This document shows, in pieces, positions 9,289 through 18,945 of a stretch of 55,062 bases of DNA. Below the pieces are notes generated by a model, which was given only the letters and a program-made list of their open reading frames with translations, had not been told where the DNA came from and did no database searches. This stretch comes from Caldithrix sp. (GTDB taxonomy: Bacteria > Zhuqueibacterota > Zhuqueibacteria > Oceanimicrobiales > Oceanimicrobiaceae): positions 1-55,062 of the forward strand of contig SMXC01000092.1 in NCBI GenBank assembly GCA_004356825.1. The letters run 5' to 3'. Position 1 is the stretch's first letter, and every line of letters begins with the position of its first letter. The position numbers were made by a program, and so were the translations under genes.

Positions 9289-9846
9289 TTAATCGATTAA
9301 CATCACCGCACAGGCCAGAGCGGTTGTCCACAAACCATCTTTATGCCCTTTAGCTGACTGGGCGATACTGCGGGTTCTAAACTGGCGATTTTGGTCAGTG
9401 ATATATAATTGCTTGCGTTCGTTCCAGGCCTTATCGGGATCTAATTCAATACCGAGCGTAGAGGCCAACATCGTGGCCGCCAAATCTTCCGCAAAGTCCG
9501 AAGCTTTTTTCTGTGTCTCACCGAAACCATGATATTCACTTATGTAGCCGTATTGTTTCCTGTCAATGGGTTGGGCCAATCCAATAGATGCTGCAATAAG
9601 TCGATTCGGTTCGTTGGTAGACGATTTTGCCATGACCATAAAAGTTATTTGTCCTGGGCTCAACAGTTTAATGCCTTCGATTTTTGAAATAATTTTGCAG
9701 GCGGGAGGGAAAATACTCGATACATTCACGATGTTGCAAAGTTCAATGCCGCAATTCCGAAGCCCTGTTTCGAAGCTTTGGAGTTTATTCCGGTGGTGAC
9801 CAACCCCTTTTGTAAAAAACAGTTTTTTGGGGATTAGCGGGCTCAT
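9289..9846 (-). CDS. pdaD: Pyruvoyl-dependent arginine decarboxylase
   Basis: FFTKGVG, SFETGLR, NIVNVSSIFPP self-cleavage site, YGYISEYH; GGAGG RBS before ATG 9846. Confidence 0.92.
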   Translation of the reverse strand: MSPLIPKKLFFTKGVGHHRNKLQSFETGLRNCGIELCNIVNVSSIFPPACKIISKIEGIKLLSPGQITFMVMAKSSTNEPNRLIAASIGLAQPIDRKQYGYISEYHGFGETQKKASDFAEDLAATMLASTLGIELDPDKAWNERKQLYITDQNRQFRTRSIAQSAKGHKDGLWTTALACAVMLID

Positions 9847-10095
9847 TTTCCCTCCAGCCAAAATATAGAAAACGTTTTTTTAAATTTTTGATAGTACAAA
9901 TTTATTACTCTCTGATCGCTATGGATATAAGGAAGCTTTCCTGCAAAATCAAGAAAAATATAATTATCTTGTAATAAATTTAACCGGTTTAACTTGCTTT
10001 CATTGAATAATTTTAATTACTTTAAGCGATTTGTCAATTTGGACTGTGCCGATGCAAGGCAGGGTCGTACTTCAGGGGACAAACCAACGAGAAAA

Positions 10096-11061
10096 ATGGC
10101 TGGAGTTCATTTTAATAAAATATTTTTTGCAGCAATTTTGTGTTTTGCCGGACTCTTTAGTCCCTCATGCCAAAAAAACAAGACCTTCCTGGTCGAAGAG
10201 GGCCAACGAGAAATCAACGGTACCCAACTCTATACCAAAGTCATGGGTGAGGGCGAGCAGATTGTGATTTTACATGGCGGACCGGGAATGGATCACACCT
10301 ACTTTCTACCGCAAATGGCTGAATTGGCTGAGACGCACAAGTTGATTTTCTTTGACCAGAGAGTGAGCGGTCGCTCTTCACTCGATGTTGATTCAAGCGC
10401 AATTACCATGCGGCATTTTATCGATGATATCGAAGAGATTCGCAAAACTTTTAATTTGGGGAAAATGAATTTGATGGGCCACTCCTGGGGTGGGCTGCTG
10501 GCGATGTTTTATGGGATTACTTACCCCGAGAATCTGAAATCTCTGATGATTCTTAACTCCACCCCCGCAAGTTCGGAGCTGATGGCGAAGACGATGCGAA
10601 GATTCACTCGCGAAGATAGTCTGCAGCGAGTGGAAATCTTAAATTCAAATGCATTTAAAAACCGCGAGTCGATCGCATATGAGAAGTTATTTCGAATCCA
10701 TTTCCGCGCCGCTTTTTACGACCGCAGCCTCGCTGATAGTTTGACGCTTACTTTCCAGCCGGATTTTGCTGAAACCAGCGTAAAACTGCAAAACCTGTTT
10801 AAGGATATTGCGAGTTACGATATTTACCATGACCTGAGTAAAATTAACTGTCCGACTTTAGTCGTTCACGGCGACCATGATAACAATCCGCTGGCAGGCA
10901 GTAAAAAGATTCATGAAAACATTCCCAACTCAAAATTTGTGCTGCTGAAGAATTGCGGGCACTTCCCGTTTGTTGAGACGCCGGACGCGTTTTTTAAAAC
11001 AATCAGGGACTTCTTGCGTCAAGAGAACCCGGACAAGCCGGAAATGTCATCTATCAAATAA
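10096..11061 (+). CDS. Alpha/beta hydrolase, proline iminopeptidase-like, possible lipoprotein
   Basis: LHGGPG, FFDQR, GHSWGG nucleophile, HGDHD, CGHFPF; hydrophobic N-terminus ending SPSC. Confidence 0.88.
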   Translation: MAGVHFNKIFFAAILCFAGLFSPSCQKNKTFLVEEGQREINGTQLYTKVMGEGEQIVILHGGPGMDHTYFLPQMAELAETHKLIFFDQRVSGRSSLDVDSSAITMRHFIDDIEEIRKTFNLGKMNLMGHSWGGLLAMFYGITYPENLKSLMILNSTPASSELMAKTMRRFTREDSLQRVEILNSNAFKNRESIAYEKLFRIHFRAAFYDRSLADSLTLTFQPDFAETSVKLQNLFKDIASYDIYHDLSKINCPTLVVHGDHDNNPLAGSKKIHENIPNSKFVLLKNCGHFPFVETPDAFFKTIRDFLRQENPDKPEMSSIK

Positions 11062-11248
11062 CAAAATCCCAAGCTTGTCCCCCCTATATTCCCGAATAAA
11101 GAGTTCGGGGACAAGTTTGGTCGGGGATAAATCTAAACTGAAAATCACAACCCTAAAAGACAGTCTCCAAGTGCCATGGTTTTTGTTTGAAATTCCGGAA
11201 ATCAGACATTGGATTTATTGGTAATTTAGCTTTTGCAATTGTGCTTTC
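11056..11248. repeat. Degenerate intergenic palindromic element
   Basis: aaataacaaaatcccaa ... ttggatttattggtaatttag ends, inner hairpin cttgtcccc...ggggacaag. Confidence 0.5.
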
Positions 11249-11405
11249 AAGCCGTGCTAAAAGGCTTGTGCCCGAAGGCGTTTATCAGGTAATACAGGAT
11301 TTTATGGTCAGGTACTGACCCCACAAGACACCCCTTTCAACTGAATTTTGTTGGATTATTTTCGCTGTTTTCAGTGTAGATTTTCTCTTAAAGACCAGAG
11401 TAAGT

Positions 11406-11693
11406 ATGAATCAGAAAACACAATTTGAAGAAACTCTAAAAGCCAAACTCAAAGAATGGCAAATTCAGATAGATGAAATTAAGTCAAACGCTCACCGGGT
11501 ACCTGCGCAGTACCAGCTTGAATTCGAGCGCCAGTTGGATCTGCTTTTTGCCAAAAATAATCTTGCCCAGGAAAAATTAGCAAAAATGCAAAACGCCAGT
11601 GATTTAGAATGGGGTGACCTGAAAGTCAGACTGGACGGCATTTGGAACGAGATTGAAAATGCCATCGACAGCGCAACGGCAAAAATTGATTGA
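11406..11693 (+). CDS. Small coiled-coil protein (sll1863-like family)
   Basis: LKAKLKEWQIQIDEIK ... ASDLEWGDLK pattern. Confidence 0.75.
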   Translation: MNQKTQFEETLKAKLKEWQIQIDEIKSNAHRVPAQYQLEFERQLDLLFAKNNLAQEKLAKMQNASDLEWGDLKVRLDGIWNEIENAIDSATAKID

Positions 11694-11757
11694 GGATCCT
11701 CCCCAAAAAAACGAGAAGCGACGAGAGAAAAGGGACGACGCCAACGCTTCTCGCTCA

Positions 11758-13134
11758 TCAAATAGATTTTAATCGCAGCAAATGTTCTTTACTCTTCGGT
11801 AAATTGCCAGTTTTGGAATACAGCGCGGCAAGTCGTTTCAGGATATTAAAATTTTCGGGGTGAAAAGTCAGGAGTTTTTCGTAAATTTCAATCCCTTTGT
11901 GGAAATTCTGCAATTTAATTGCCAGCCAGCCAAGCTTCTCCAGGATGCCAAAATCGTCGGGGGCTTGTTGATGTACGCGCTCAAAAAGTTCTTGAGCTTT
12001 TTGAAAATCTCCGGTTTCCAGGAAGGAATTTGCTTTTCCCGTTAAGGCCAGAAAATTATTTCCGTCCTTCTCGAGCGCCTTTTGAAAGTAATTGTGGGCT
12101 TTCTCCAATTTCTTTGTTTTAAGGTATCGGTTCCCTAAGTTGATATAAATGGCCGTTTCATCAACATACGCTTCGAGCGAAACTTCATTGTAGGATTGTT
12201 TCTGTTTGCCAGTAATATCGAGCACGGATTCAAGGCAGTCGATTTGCCGTAGAGGGTTGTCCAAATAACCGTAGATTTCATAAAGCAGTAGATACGAAGT
12301 TGTCTGGTTTCTGGAAAGCGAAATCGCTTTCGCGGCAAATTGCACGGCTTCCTCATATTTACCCAATTTCGTGTGCACCTCAGTCAGGTTGTTGTAAATT
12401 GAGCAGCGGATATCTTTTGGCAGCCCGCCGAGTTTCAATGCCGTGTTTAATGAAGTCAGAGCTTGCTGGTATTCCTTCTGCAGGATGAGATTTTGTGCCA
12501 GGGTAAAATGGTAATAGGCATTGTTCGGTTCCTCGGCTAATTGTCGCTTCAGGAGCAGAAAATTTCGCTCGCTCTTTGCCTGCATTTCAACTTCGCTTTT
12601 GTTGTAACCCAAATGCATGACTTTAATATTCGTAAACCCCTCTTCGCCCTTCAACTTCGAAACGGACGGGGATATCTGCTCGTGAATTCGTCCGGAGTAT
12701 TGGATTCCGGGCAAGTTACGAAACAACCGGTGCGCCCGACTGATGTGGCCCTTATTATTCTCCTCCTTCGGGCTGTCGATGAGGACGCTGATACACATTT
12801 TGGAATTATTTTCGAGCCAGTGACGCAGTTCCTTTTTTGATTCCGGATCTAGCCGTTCGTCAGCATCCAACTGTAGAATCCAGTCCCCGGATGCGTGTTT
12901 GATACTTTCGTTGCGGGCCGCTGCAAAATTGTCGTTCCAGGGAATGTGGTAAACTTCGGCATCAAACTGTTTGGCGATTTCCACCGTCCTGTCAGTCGAT
13001 CCGGTATCAACTAAGATTATTTCGTCCACGACATCTTCAACGCTTTCCAAACATTCTTGCAAATACTCTTCCTCATTCTTGACGATCATGCAAAGAGAAA
13101 GGCTTGGTTTTTTTGATTTAAGATTTGATTTCAT
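11758..13134 (-). CDS. GT2 glycosyltransferase with C-terminal TPRs (protein O-glycosyltransferase type)
   Basis: LSLCMIVKNEE, VDTGSTD, FAAARN, LDADE, GRIHEQ, HLGY, TPR helices. Confidence 0.92.
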   Translation of the reverse strand: MKSNLKSKKPSLSLCMIVKNEEEYLQECLESVEDVVDEIILVDTGSTDRTVEIAKQFDAEVYHIPWNDNFAAARNESIKHASGDWILQLDADERLDPESKKELRHWLENNSKMCISVLIDSPKEENNKGHISRAHRLFRNLPGIQYSGRIHEQISPSVSKLKGEEGFTNIKVMHLGYNKSEVEMQAKSERNFLLLKRQLAEEPNNAYYHFTLAQNLILQKEYQQALTSLNTALKLGGLPKDIRCSIYNNLTEVHTKLGKYEEAVQFAAKAISLSRNQTTSYLLLYEIYGYLDNPLRQIDCLESVLDITGKQKQSYNEVSLEAYVDETAIYINLGNRYLKTKKLEKAHNYFQKALEKDGNNFLALTGKANSFLETGDFQKAQELFERVHQQAPDDFGILEKLGWLAIKLQNFHKGIEIYEKLLTFHPENFNILKRLAALYSKTGNLPKSKEHLLRLKSI

Positions 13135-13175
13135 TTTGCTTTTTTCATAAGTGTTTTTTTACTTACCTTGTAGAT

Positions 13176-13307
13176 GCTATCCAAAAGTCGAAAATATAGC
13201 CCGAAGGCGTCCCGCCGAAGCTGTTGAGTTCATCTCTTTCGTAAACGCTCGGCGAGGCATGTCCTGAGCTTGTCGGATGGACGCGTCGCTCTATTCTTTT
13301 GGATAGC
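13176..13307. mobile_element. 132-bp MITE-like element
   Basis: 12-bp perfect terminal inverted repeats GCTATCCAAAAG / CTTTTGGATAGC; interior has an inverted homologue at 15789-15881. Confidence 0.65.
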
Positions 13308-13309
13308 CC

Positions 13310-14965
13310 CTACGCAACCTGTCGATTTCTAAGCTCCTGCAACACTCTAGTGTATGCCTTAACCGCGTTTGTAAAATCAGCCCAAAGCAAGGGGTTTTCC
13401 TCGTTCACTTTAGGATTTTTTCTGGCGATTTTAATAGCCCGGTCAAAATAATCCGCAGCCGCTAAATAATCTTTGCAGTCTACACAAAGGTAGCCAAGAT
13501 CCACCATGCCAATCCAAAACTTTGGGTTTAGTTCTACCGACTTTCTGAGCATACTTATTGCCTGAGAACTCTGTTTGCCTCTGCGATAAATTTTACCCAG
13601 GAAATGATAGACCTGGTACAAGTAGGTATCTGATGAACTCGCGAAGAGGTTAAAAACCGGCTTACTTGAAATTTCTTTGTGCTTCTTCAAGTAATTCTGA
13701 AAAGTTTCTTCTGCCAGCTCCGGCTCTTGTTTTTGAAAATAGGCTATGCCGAGAAAATAGTACGGGTCAAGATAGTTTTCATTTATTTTGATTGCGTCCA
13801 GACAATATTGTTTCGCAGAATCGTAATCCTGCTTTTCAACAGAAATGAGAGCGAGGTTATTTAAAAGCATCAAATAGAGGTGCTGTTTCCCGACATTATC
13901 AGCGCTAATTTTCTCGAGAGACTGCTTTGCAAACGACTCCGCCAGATCAAATTCCTTTTTGCCGAGGTGCATCATACAAAGATAAAAAAGCGTCGTCACA
14001 CTGTCGGGATTTTCCTCCAGACGTTTGTATAAGATTTCAGCATTTCGCTTTTTCTTTTTGTCCAGGTAATTCTGATCGAGGTTGTAGCCGTGGTGCAAAA
14101 TATTGATATCCACCGGTAAAACGTCTCCGGATATTTGCAGCACTTCGTGAATCGGGTTAATAAAATAAGAGTCCCGGTTGTTTCGGTAGAGCCGCACCAG
14201 GTAATGCACCGAAGGCTTGTTTTCACCAAACGTTGAAGAAACCCGGTTGTGGAGAGCCAGATAAGCGCCGTTACATGTGTCCTGGTGGACGAACTCCCGC
14301 ACTTTGCCCTGATCTTCCGGGAAAAGCTCCTCATCGGCGTCGAGTTGCAGAATCCAATCGCTTGACGCTTGCTCATTGGCAAAATTTCTGGCCGCGGCAA
14401 AATCTTTTTGCCACTCATAATGAAAAACCTTTGCGCCGAACGCTTGGGCGATCTCAACAGTTCTGTCTTCTGAACCGGTATCGACCACAACGATTTCGTC
14501 AGAAATTGCCTGCACGCTTTTAAGGCAAGTTGCCAAATGTTTTTCTTCATTCTTAACAATGAGACAGGTGGAAAGGGTCACGTCCCTGGGTTTTGCAACT
14601 TTTTTAATTTTTTGCAGATAAGTATTCGTTTCTTTGCGGTTATAATTTGACTTTCGTACTTTTTGAAAACAGGCAAGCGCCTTATTAAAGCGGCAGAATG
14701 CTATGTGAATAAGTCCCAACTCAAAATGGGATTCGCCATGTTTCGGATTGAGCCGTAAGGTCTCTTCAAAACTATTGACTGCCTCAGCGTAGCGGTACTG
14801 CGACCCCTGGATCATGCCGGTTAGGTAGTGGAGTTCATGGTCGTCGGGGTGGACGTCAAGCAAAGCGAGTAGCTCGGTGAGAGCTTGGTCAGTCCTGTTA
14901 GATTTGAACAGGCGAATTATTTGGTCTTTATCTTTTTGTGAATATGGTCTCTTCCTGGAAGACAT
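13310..14965 (-). CDS. TPR-GT2-TPR glycosyltransferase
   Basis: N-terminal TPRs, LSTCLIVKNEE, VDTGSED, LDADE, PIHE, HHGY, C-terminal TPRs. Confidence 0.92.
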   Translation of the reverse strand: MSSRKRPYSQKDKDQIIRLFKSNRTDQALTELLALLDVHPDDHELHYLTGMIQGSQYRYAEAVNSFEETLRLNPKHGESHFELGLIHIAFCRFNKALACFQKVRKSNYNRKETNTYLQKIKKVAKPRDVTLSTCLIVKNEEKHLATCLKSVQAISDEIVVVDTGSEDRTVEIAQAFGAKVFHYEWQKDFAAARNFANEQASSDWILQLDADEELFPEDQGKVREFVHQDTCNGAYLALHNRVSSTFGENKPSVHYLVRLYRNNRDSYFINPIHEVLQISGDVLPVDINILHHGYNLDQNYLDKKKKRNAEILYKRLEENPDSVTTLFYLCMMHLGKKEFDLAESFAKQSLEKISADNVGKQHLYLMLLNNLALISVEKQDYDSAKQYCLDAIKINENYLDPYYFLGIAYFQKQEPELAEETFQNYLKKHKEISSKPVFNLFASSSDTYLYQVYHFLGKIYRRGKQSSQAISMLRKSVELNPKFWIGMVDLGYLCVDCKDYLAAADYFDRAIKIARKNPKVNEENPLLWADFTNAVKAYTRVLQELRNRQVA

Positions 14966-14992
14966 GGTTTTTTGAGGGTTTAATTATCTCAT

Positions 14993-15115
14993 CTGGTGCC
15001 AAGCTCTGCTTTGCAACCCAATTAGAAGTGAAACTCCTGTTTCACAAAGCTCGAGCAGGGGCGAAGCAGAACTTCGCATATCATTGACATTCCCAGGCAG
15101 GAGCTTAGGAATGAG
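14993..15115. repeat. REP/REPIN-like element, C[AG]TTCCCAAGCTC family
   Basis: cattcccaggcaggagcttaggaatgag is the near reverse complement of 23236-23264; inner gaagcagaacttc hairpins. Confidence 0.75.
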
Positions 15116-15149
15116 GAAGATTCGCAAAGACATTTCCGGGTTTCTATTT

Positions 15150-15740
15150 TTACGCCTGAACTACTTCTTCATCAGCCAATTTTTTTAAAGAATTCTTGGC
15201 AAACTTATTTTCAGAATCGATTTCAAGAACTTTCTCTAAAATAAAACGAGTCGAATCAACGTCCCCAATCTCGTAATAAAGCCGCCCGACGTTCAAAAGA
15301 GACTCGATATCATCATGATGGTGTTTTAAAATTTCTTGATAGGCCTCAATTCCTTTTTCATACTCTTTGGTAGTAATATAAATCTCCGCGAGATTTTTTT
15401 GTGCGTCTAAAAAGGACGGGTCAATTTTGACGGCTTTTTCGAAGGAGTCCCTGGCTGACTCGTGGTCACCTAAATTTGCGGCGACAACGCCGAAACTGTT
15501 CAAAATGGCGCCGTTTTCACCGTAAAAATTTAATGCGCGTTCAAAGTATCTTTTGGCTTCTTCATACTTTTCTTCATACTGGTAGATGATGCCCAGGCCA
15601 TAAATCGCTTCGAGATTTTCAGGCTCTCGTTCCAGGGTTTGTTTATAGCTTTCCTGAGCTGCTTTGAAATTGCTTTGTTGCAACAATTGGCTGCCTTCCA
15701 GTAGCTCAACATTTTCAGGTTGTGATTGATTGGATTCCAT
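15150..15740 (-). CDS. TPR protein
   Basis: About five TPR motifs; AGGAGA RBS. Confidence 0.9.
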   Translation of the reverse strand: MESNQSQPENVELLEGSQLLQQSNFKAAQESYKQTLEREPENLEAIYGLGIIYQYEEKYEEAKRYFERALNFYGENGAILNSFGVVAANLGDHESARDSFEKAVKIDPSFLDAQKNLAEIYITTKEYEKGIEAYQEILKHHHDDIESLLNVGRLYYEIGDVDSTRFILEKVLEIDSENKFAKNSLKKLADEEVVQA

Positions 15741-15788
15741 GATTCACTTTCTCCTAAATGTTTTCTTTAAAAATAAAACGGTTCTAAA

Positions 15789-15881
15789 ATAGAGCGACGG
15801 TGTCCATTCGACAAGCTCAGGACATGCCTGGCCGAGTGTTTTTTATGAAAAGCATGCACTCAGAATCCTCAGCGTGACGCC
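15789..15881. repeat. Inverted homologue of the interior of the 13176-13307 element
   Basis: Reverse complement contains ctcggccaggcatgtcctgagcttgtcgaatggac..gtcgctctatt, matching ~13248-13295. Confidence 0.8.
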
Positions 15882-15901
15882 GTCGGATTATGTTTGGTAC
15901 G

Positions 15902-16795
15902 CTAACTAACGAAATCAACTAAGCTGGTTTGGATTACGTTCGCCATCGTCCTCAGAGTAGTGGCCATTGCATTTTCAAGGATTTGCAAGTTCACGATTTC
16001 TTCAAGAATATCTGTGTCTTGGATTTGGGATAAGAAATCCGCGAGATTGATATTCTTGGTTTCAATGAGTTGTTCGGTCAAAGTCAGCCTATTTTGGATA
16101 ACCCCAAATTCCGCCGACAAAGAAGTCACTTGAGTAAGCGCACCGTCCAATTTATCAATAGCATTTTGAATAGCGTCGGTGTCGTTGCTCTCCAGCCCCT
16201 GTTTCAAAGCAATCAGTTCGCTAAAAATGTCAACGCCGCCTGTCGGCGCAAAAACATCGTTGCCGGACTTGTTATATGTCACCTGGGTGTCAAAGCCGAT
16301 AGTACTTTTGATGTCCGCATCGTTGCCGTTATAAGTGACGACGTCGCCGGATCTGGTAAACGGCTTTGTTCCGGTCGTCTGCGTGCCGCCAAAAATAAAC
16401 CGACCTTTGAACCTCGAGTTGCCTTGATCGATTATATTGTCAATGAGTTGGTCGATATTTTTAGCCAAACTCTGCCTCGCCTCGGCGCTTGCTGTTCCGG
16501 AACCTCCCTGAATTGCAATGCTTTTAGCCGTTTCAAGGTCGTCGCTAATCCCCTGCAGGGCGGCTTCGGAATTTGTGGTAAACCCTCTGATTTGGGTAAT
16601 ATTTTTTAAATACCGATCGTTCCGGCTGATCAGAACTTTAAATTGTTGAATTTGAAAAGTTCCGCCCGGATCATCGGAAGGCCTTCGCACTTTCTTTGTT
16701 GTCGCGATGTTGAGCCGCGCCTTATTGGCCATCTGCAGGTTCCTCTGAACCGTCGAAAGCAGATTCTTGGCGATCATGTTGTTGGTTATTCGCAT
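15902..16795 (-). CDS. flgL: Hook-associated protein 3
   Basis: MRITNNM, RRPSDDP, GRFIFGG, QTSLVDF; follows flgK. Confidence 0.95.
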   Translation of the reverse strand: MRITNNMIAKNLLSTVQRNLQMANKARLNIATTKKVRRPSDDPGGTFQIQQFKVLISRNDRYLKNITQIRGFTTNSEAALQGISDDLETAKSIAIQGGSGTASAEARQSLAKNIDQLIDNIIDQGNSRFKGRFIFGGTQTTGTKPFTRSGDVVTYNGNDADIKSTIGFDTQVTYNKSGNDVFAPTGGVDIFSELIALKQGLESNDTDAIQNAIDKLDGALTQVTSLSAEFGVIQNRLTLTEQLIETKNINLADFLSQIQDTDILEEIVNLQILENAMATTLRTMANVIQTSLVDFVS

Positions 16796-16828
16796 AGTTT
16801 ATAACTTATTGGACTCACCTTTCCATCT

Positions 16829-16913
16829 TTCATTCCCGATTCCATTCCAACGTTGAGTTTTGGAATGAGTGAGTGGTTTGACGGAGTTTATCCTGAGCTT
16901 GCCGAAGGGCTCA
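16829..16913. repeat. Composite of REP-like hairpins
   Basis: cattcc...ggaatgag plus cctgagcttgccgaagggctca (related to 13263 and 15808). Confidence 0.55.
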
Positions 16914-18290
16914 CACCATATTCAAAATCGTTTGCATCATCTCATCAACTGTGGTCACGATCCGGGCGGCTGCTGTAAATGCCTGCTGCGCTTCAATTAA
17001 ATTGACCATCTCTTCATCCAAAGAGACACCGGAAACTGACTCCCGGTTATACTCAAGTTTTTCAACAGTAATGGCAAAACTATCCCGAAAGAAGTTCGAC
17101 CCCTGCGCCTGACTTCCGATAGACGAAATCAGTGAATTGTAAAAATCACTGAAGGTAAAATCACCGTCGTTCATAACCAAACTACCTTGCAAATTCGCAA
17201 GCGAGAGCGCGATGTTGTTATTTCCGGGTTCATTCAGAGCATCCGAAGCAGCGATGAGATTTGCATCGGCTATAATTGCCGGATTGAGTTCGAAATCTGC
17301 CGCACCGGTTACATTGGCGTCAAATAAATCCGTTCCGGTGATACCATCGAGGTTGTAACCGGTCGAGTGAATAGTGTTGATTTTCTGCGCTATATTCACC
17401 GCCAACTTATCCAATTGATCCAGATAATCAGCAACCTGAGTGTCTCGGATATCTAAAATTCCCTTAATGGAACCGTTAGTAATACCCGCGACCTGTCCGC
17501 CATTTTTAAACACCACTTTCGGTCCGATCGCTGTTGCAGATTCTACACTCAAAGCCAATTCCTGCGCTTGGGTATCCACGACCAAATGTCTGCCGCCGAC
17601 AATTACATTGATGCCGCCACTGGCATTTTCAATTGTTTTTACATCCACCAATTTCGAAAGCTTATCAAGAAGCAAGGAACGTTTATCGCGCAAGTCGTTC
17701 GCGCTGTCGCCGCCTACTTCTTTATTAACAATTTTTTCGTTCAAGTTAGCAATCTGGGTCGTCAGACGATTGACTTCCTTGACCTTTTGCCCCAGCTCAG
17801 TGTTCAGTTGCTGCCGGTAATCCGTCAATTGTCGGTTAATTCGTTTAAAACCGTTTTTTAAATTCACTGCTTTTTCGCGAACCAAAATCCGGGCGGTGGC
17901 GCTTTCCGGATCGTTTGCCAGGTCATGAAATGAATCAAAGAAATCCTCCATATTTCTGGTGAGACCGAAATCCGACGGCTCTCCGAAAATATCTTCGATA
18001 AAATTTAAGGCGGTGCTTTTAAATTCATACTGGTAAAAATTGGGACGCTCATTCAAGAGCTGCTGGTCGATAAAACTGCTGCGGATACGCTCGATGCCTT
18101 GAATGTTCACACCGGATCCCAAAACCCCTTGGGGCGTGGCGATTGATCTGCCGGCTGAAAGTTCGATACGCCGGCGGGAGTACCCTTCCGTATTGACGTT
18201 GGCGATATTATTACTCGCCACATTCATGGCGCTTTGATGCGCTTGCAGCGCCCGTCGTGCGATTCCAAGTATTCTTGATATGTTAGGCAT
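16911..18290 (-). CDS. flgK: Hook-associated protein 1
   Basis: NNIANVNTEGYSRR, NDLRDKR, SVSGVSLDEEM. Confidence 0.97.
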   Translation of the reverse strand: MPNISRILGIARRALQAHQSAMNVASNNIANVNTEGYSRRRIELSAGRSIATPQGVLGSGVNIQGIERIRSSFIDQQLLNERPNFYQYEFKSTALNFIEDIFGEPSDFGLTRNMEDFFDSFHDLANDPESATARILVREKAVNLKNGFKRINRQLTDYRQQLNTELGQKVKEVNRLTTQIANLNEKIVNKEVGGDSANDLRDKRSLLLDKLSKLVDVKTIENASGGINVIVGGRHLVVDTQAQELALSVESATAIGPKVVFKNGGQVAGITNGSIKGILDIRDTQVADYLDQLDKLAVNIAQKINTIHSTGYNLDGITGTDLFDANVTGAADFELNPAIIADANLIAASDALNEPGNNNIALSLANLQGSLVMNDGDFTFSDFYNSLISSIGSQAQGSNFFRDSFAITVEKLEYNRESVSGVSLDEEMVNLIEAQQAFTAAARIVTTVDEMMQTILNMV

Positions 18291-18441
18291 GTTTTAACCC
18301 AGTTTATGATTCCTAAATAGTGTTCAATTAATTAAACGCTTTTCAAAGAATCAAAAGTCTGATTTTGAGTGTTAGCGTGTTTAAGTGTTAAATAATTTTC
18401 TTTTGTTATCTGGACTTGAACGCTCTAACACTTGAACACTT

Positions 18442-18942
18442 TTAGATCGAGTGATCCAGCACTTTGAATTTACCAACCTTCGCTTGCAGCTTACCATCCT
18501 TTTGATAAATGGAAGCCTTATCATTTCCACCCAAAAGTATTTTTATGCTCTGTTCAATAAATTTCAACGAGTGGTTCAAAAGAAACTGGTTGCTTTTATT
18601 CAGCGTTCGAATTTTTTCAACGAGCGACGTCAATAAATCACGCTGCTCCTCAAGCCGCTGGGCATATTTCCCTTCGACTCCCTCGATGATTTGACTCAAC
18701 CGCGGATTCAGATCATCGAGTGAAAGATTTTTTGCCAACTCCTTTGTTTTTTCCAACCTCTCGGCTTCAATCGATTTGGATTTATGCGCGAGTTTATTTT
18801 CAGTTTGCACATACTTATTTAATCGTTCGATTTGGCCCTCAACTATAGCTCTTTGTTTCGCATGAAGCGTTTTTAATAACTGCTCAAAAGCTTCTATTTC
18901 GCTGGCAATAATCGAAATTAAATCTTCTACAATTGCATCCAT
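18442..18942 (-). CDS. flgN: Flagellar export chaperone FlgN
   Basis: Helical, LNKSNQFLL..SL, YQKDG; directly upstream of flgK. Confidence 0.85.
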   Translation of the reverse strand: MDAIVEDLISIIASEIEAFEQLLKTLHAKQRAIVEGQIERLNKYVQTENKLAHKSKSIEAERLEKTKELAKNLSLDDLNPRLSQIIEGVEGKYAQRLEEQRDLLTSLVEKIRTLNKSNQFLLNHSLKFIEQSIKILLGGNDKASIYQKDGKLQAKVGKFKVLDHSI

Positions 18943-18945
18943 AAA

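Noticed and set aside
9994-10095. Longer N-terminus for the hydrolase or a riboswitch in this leader
   Set aside because: Signal-like sequence starts at 10096 and I recognise no riboswitch consensus
15902-16795. Calling this gene flagellin
   Set aside because: MRIT start, PSDDP, FIFGG and SL.DF end plus position after flgK fit FlgL
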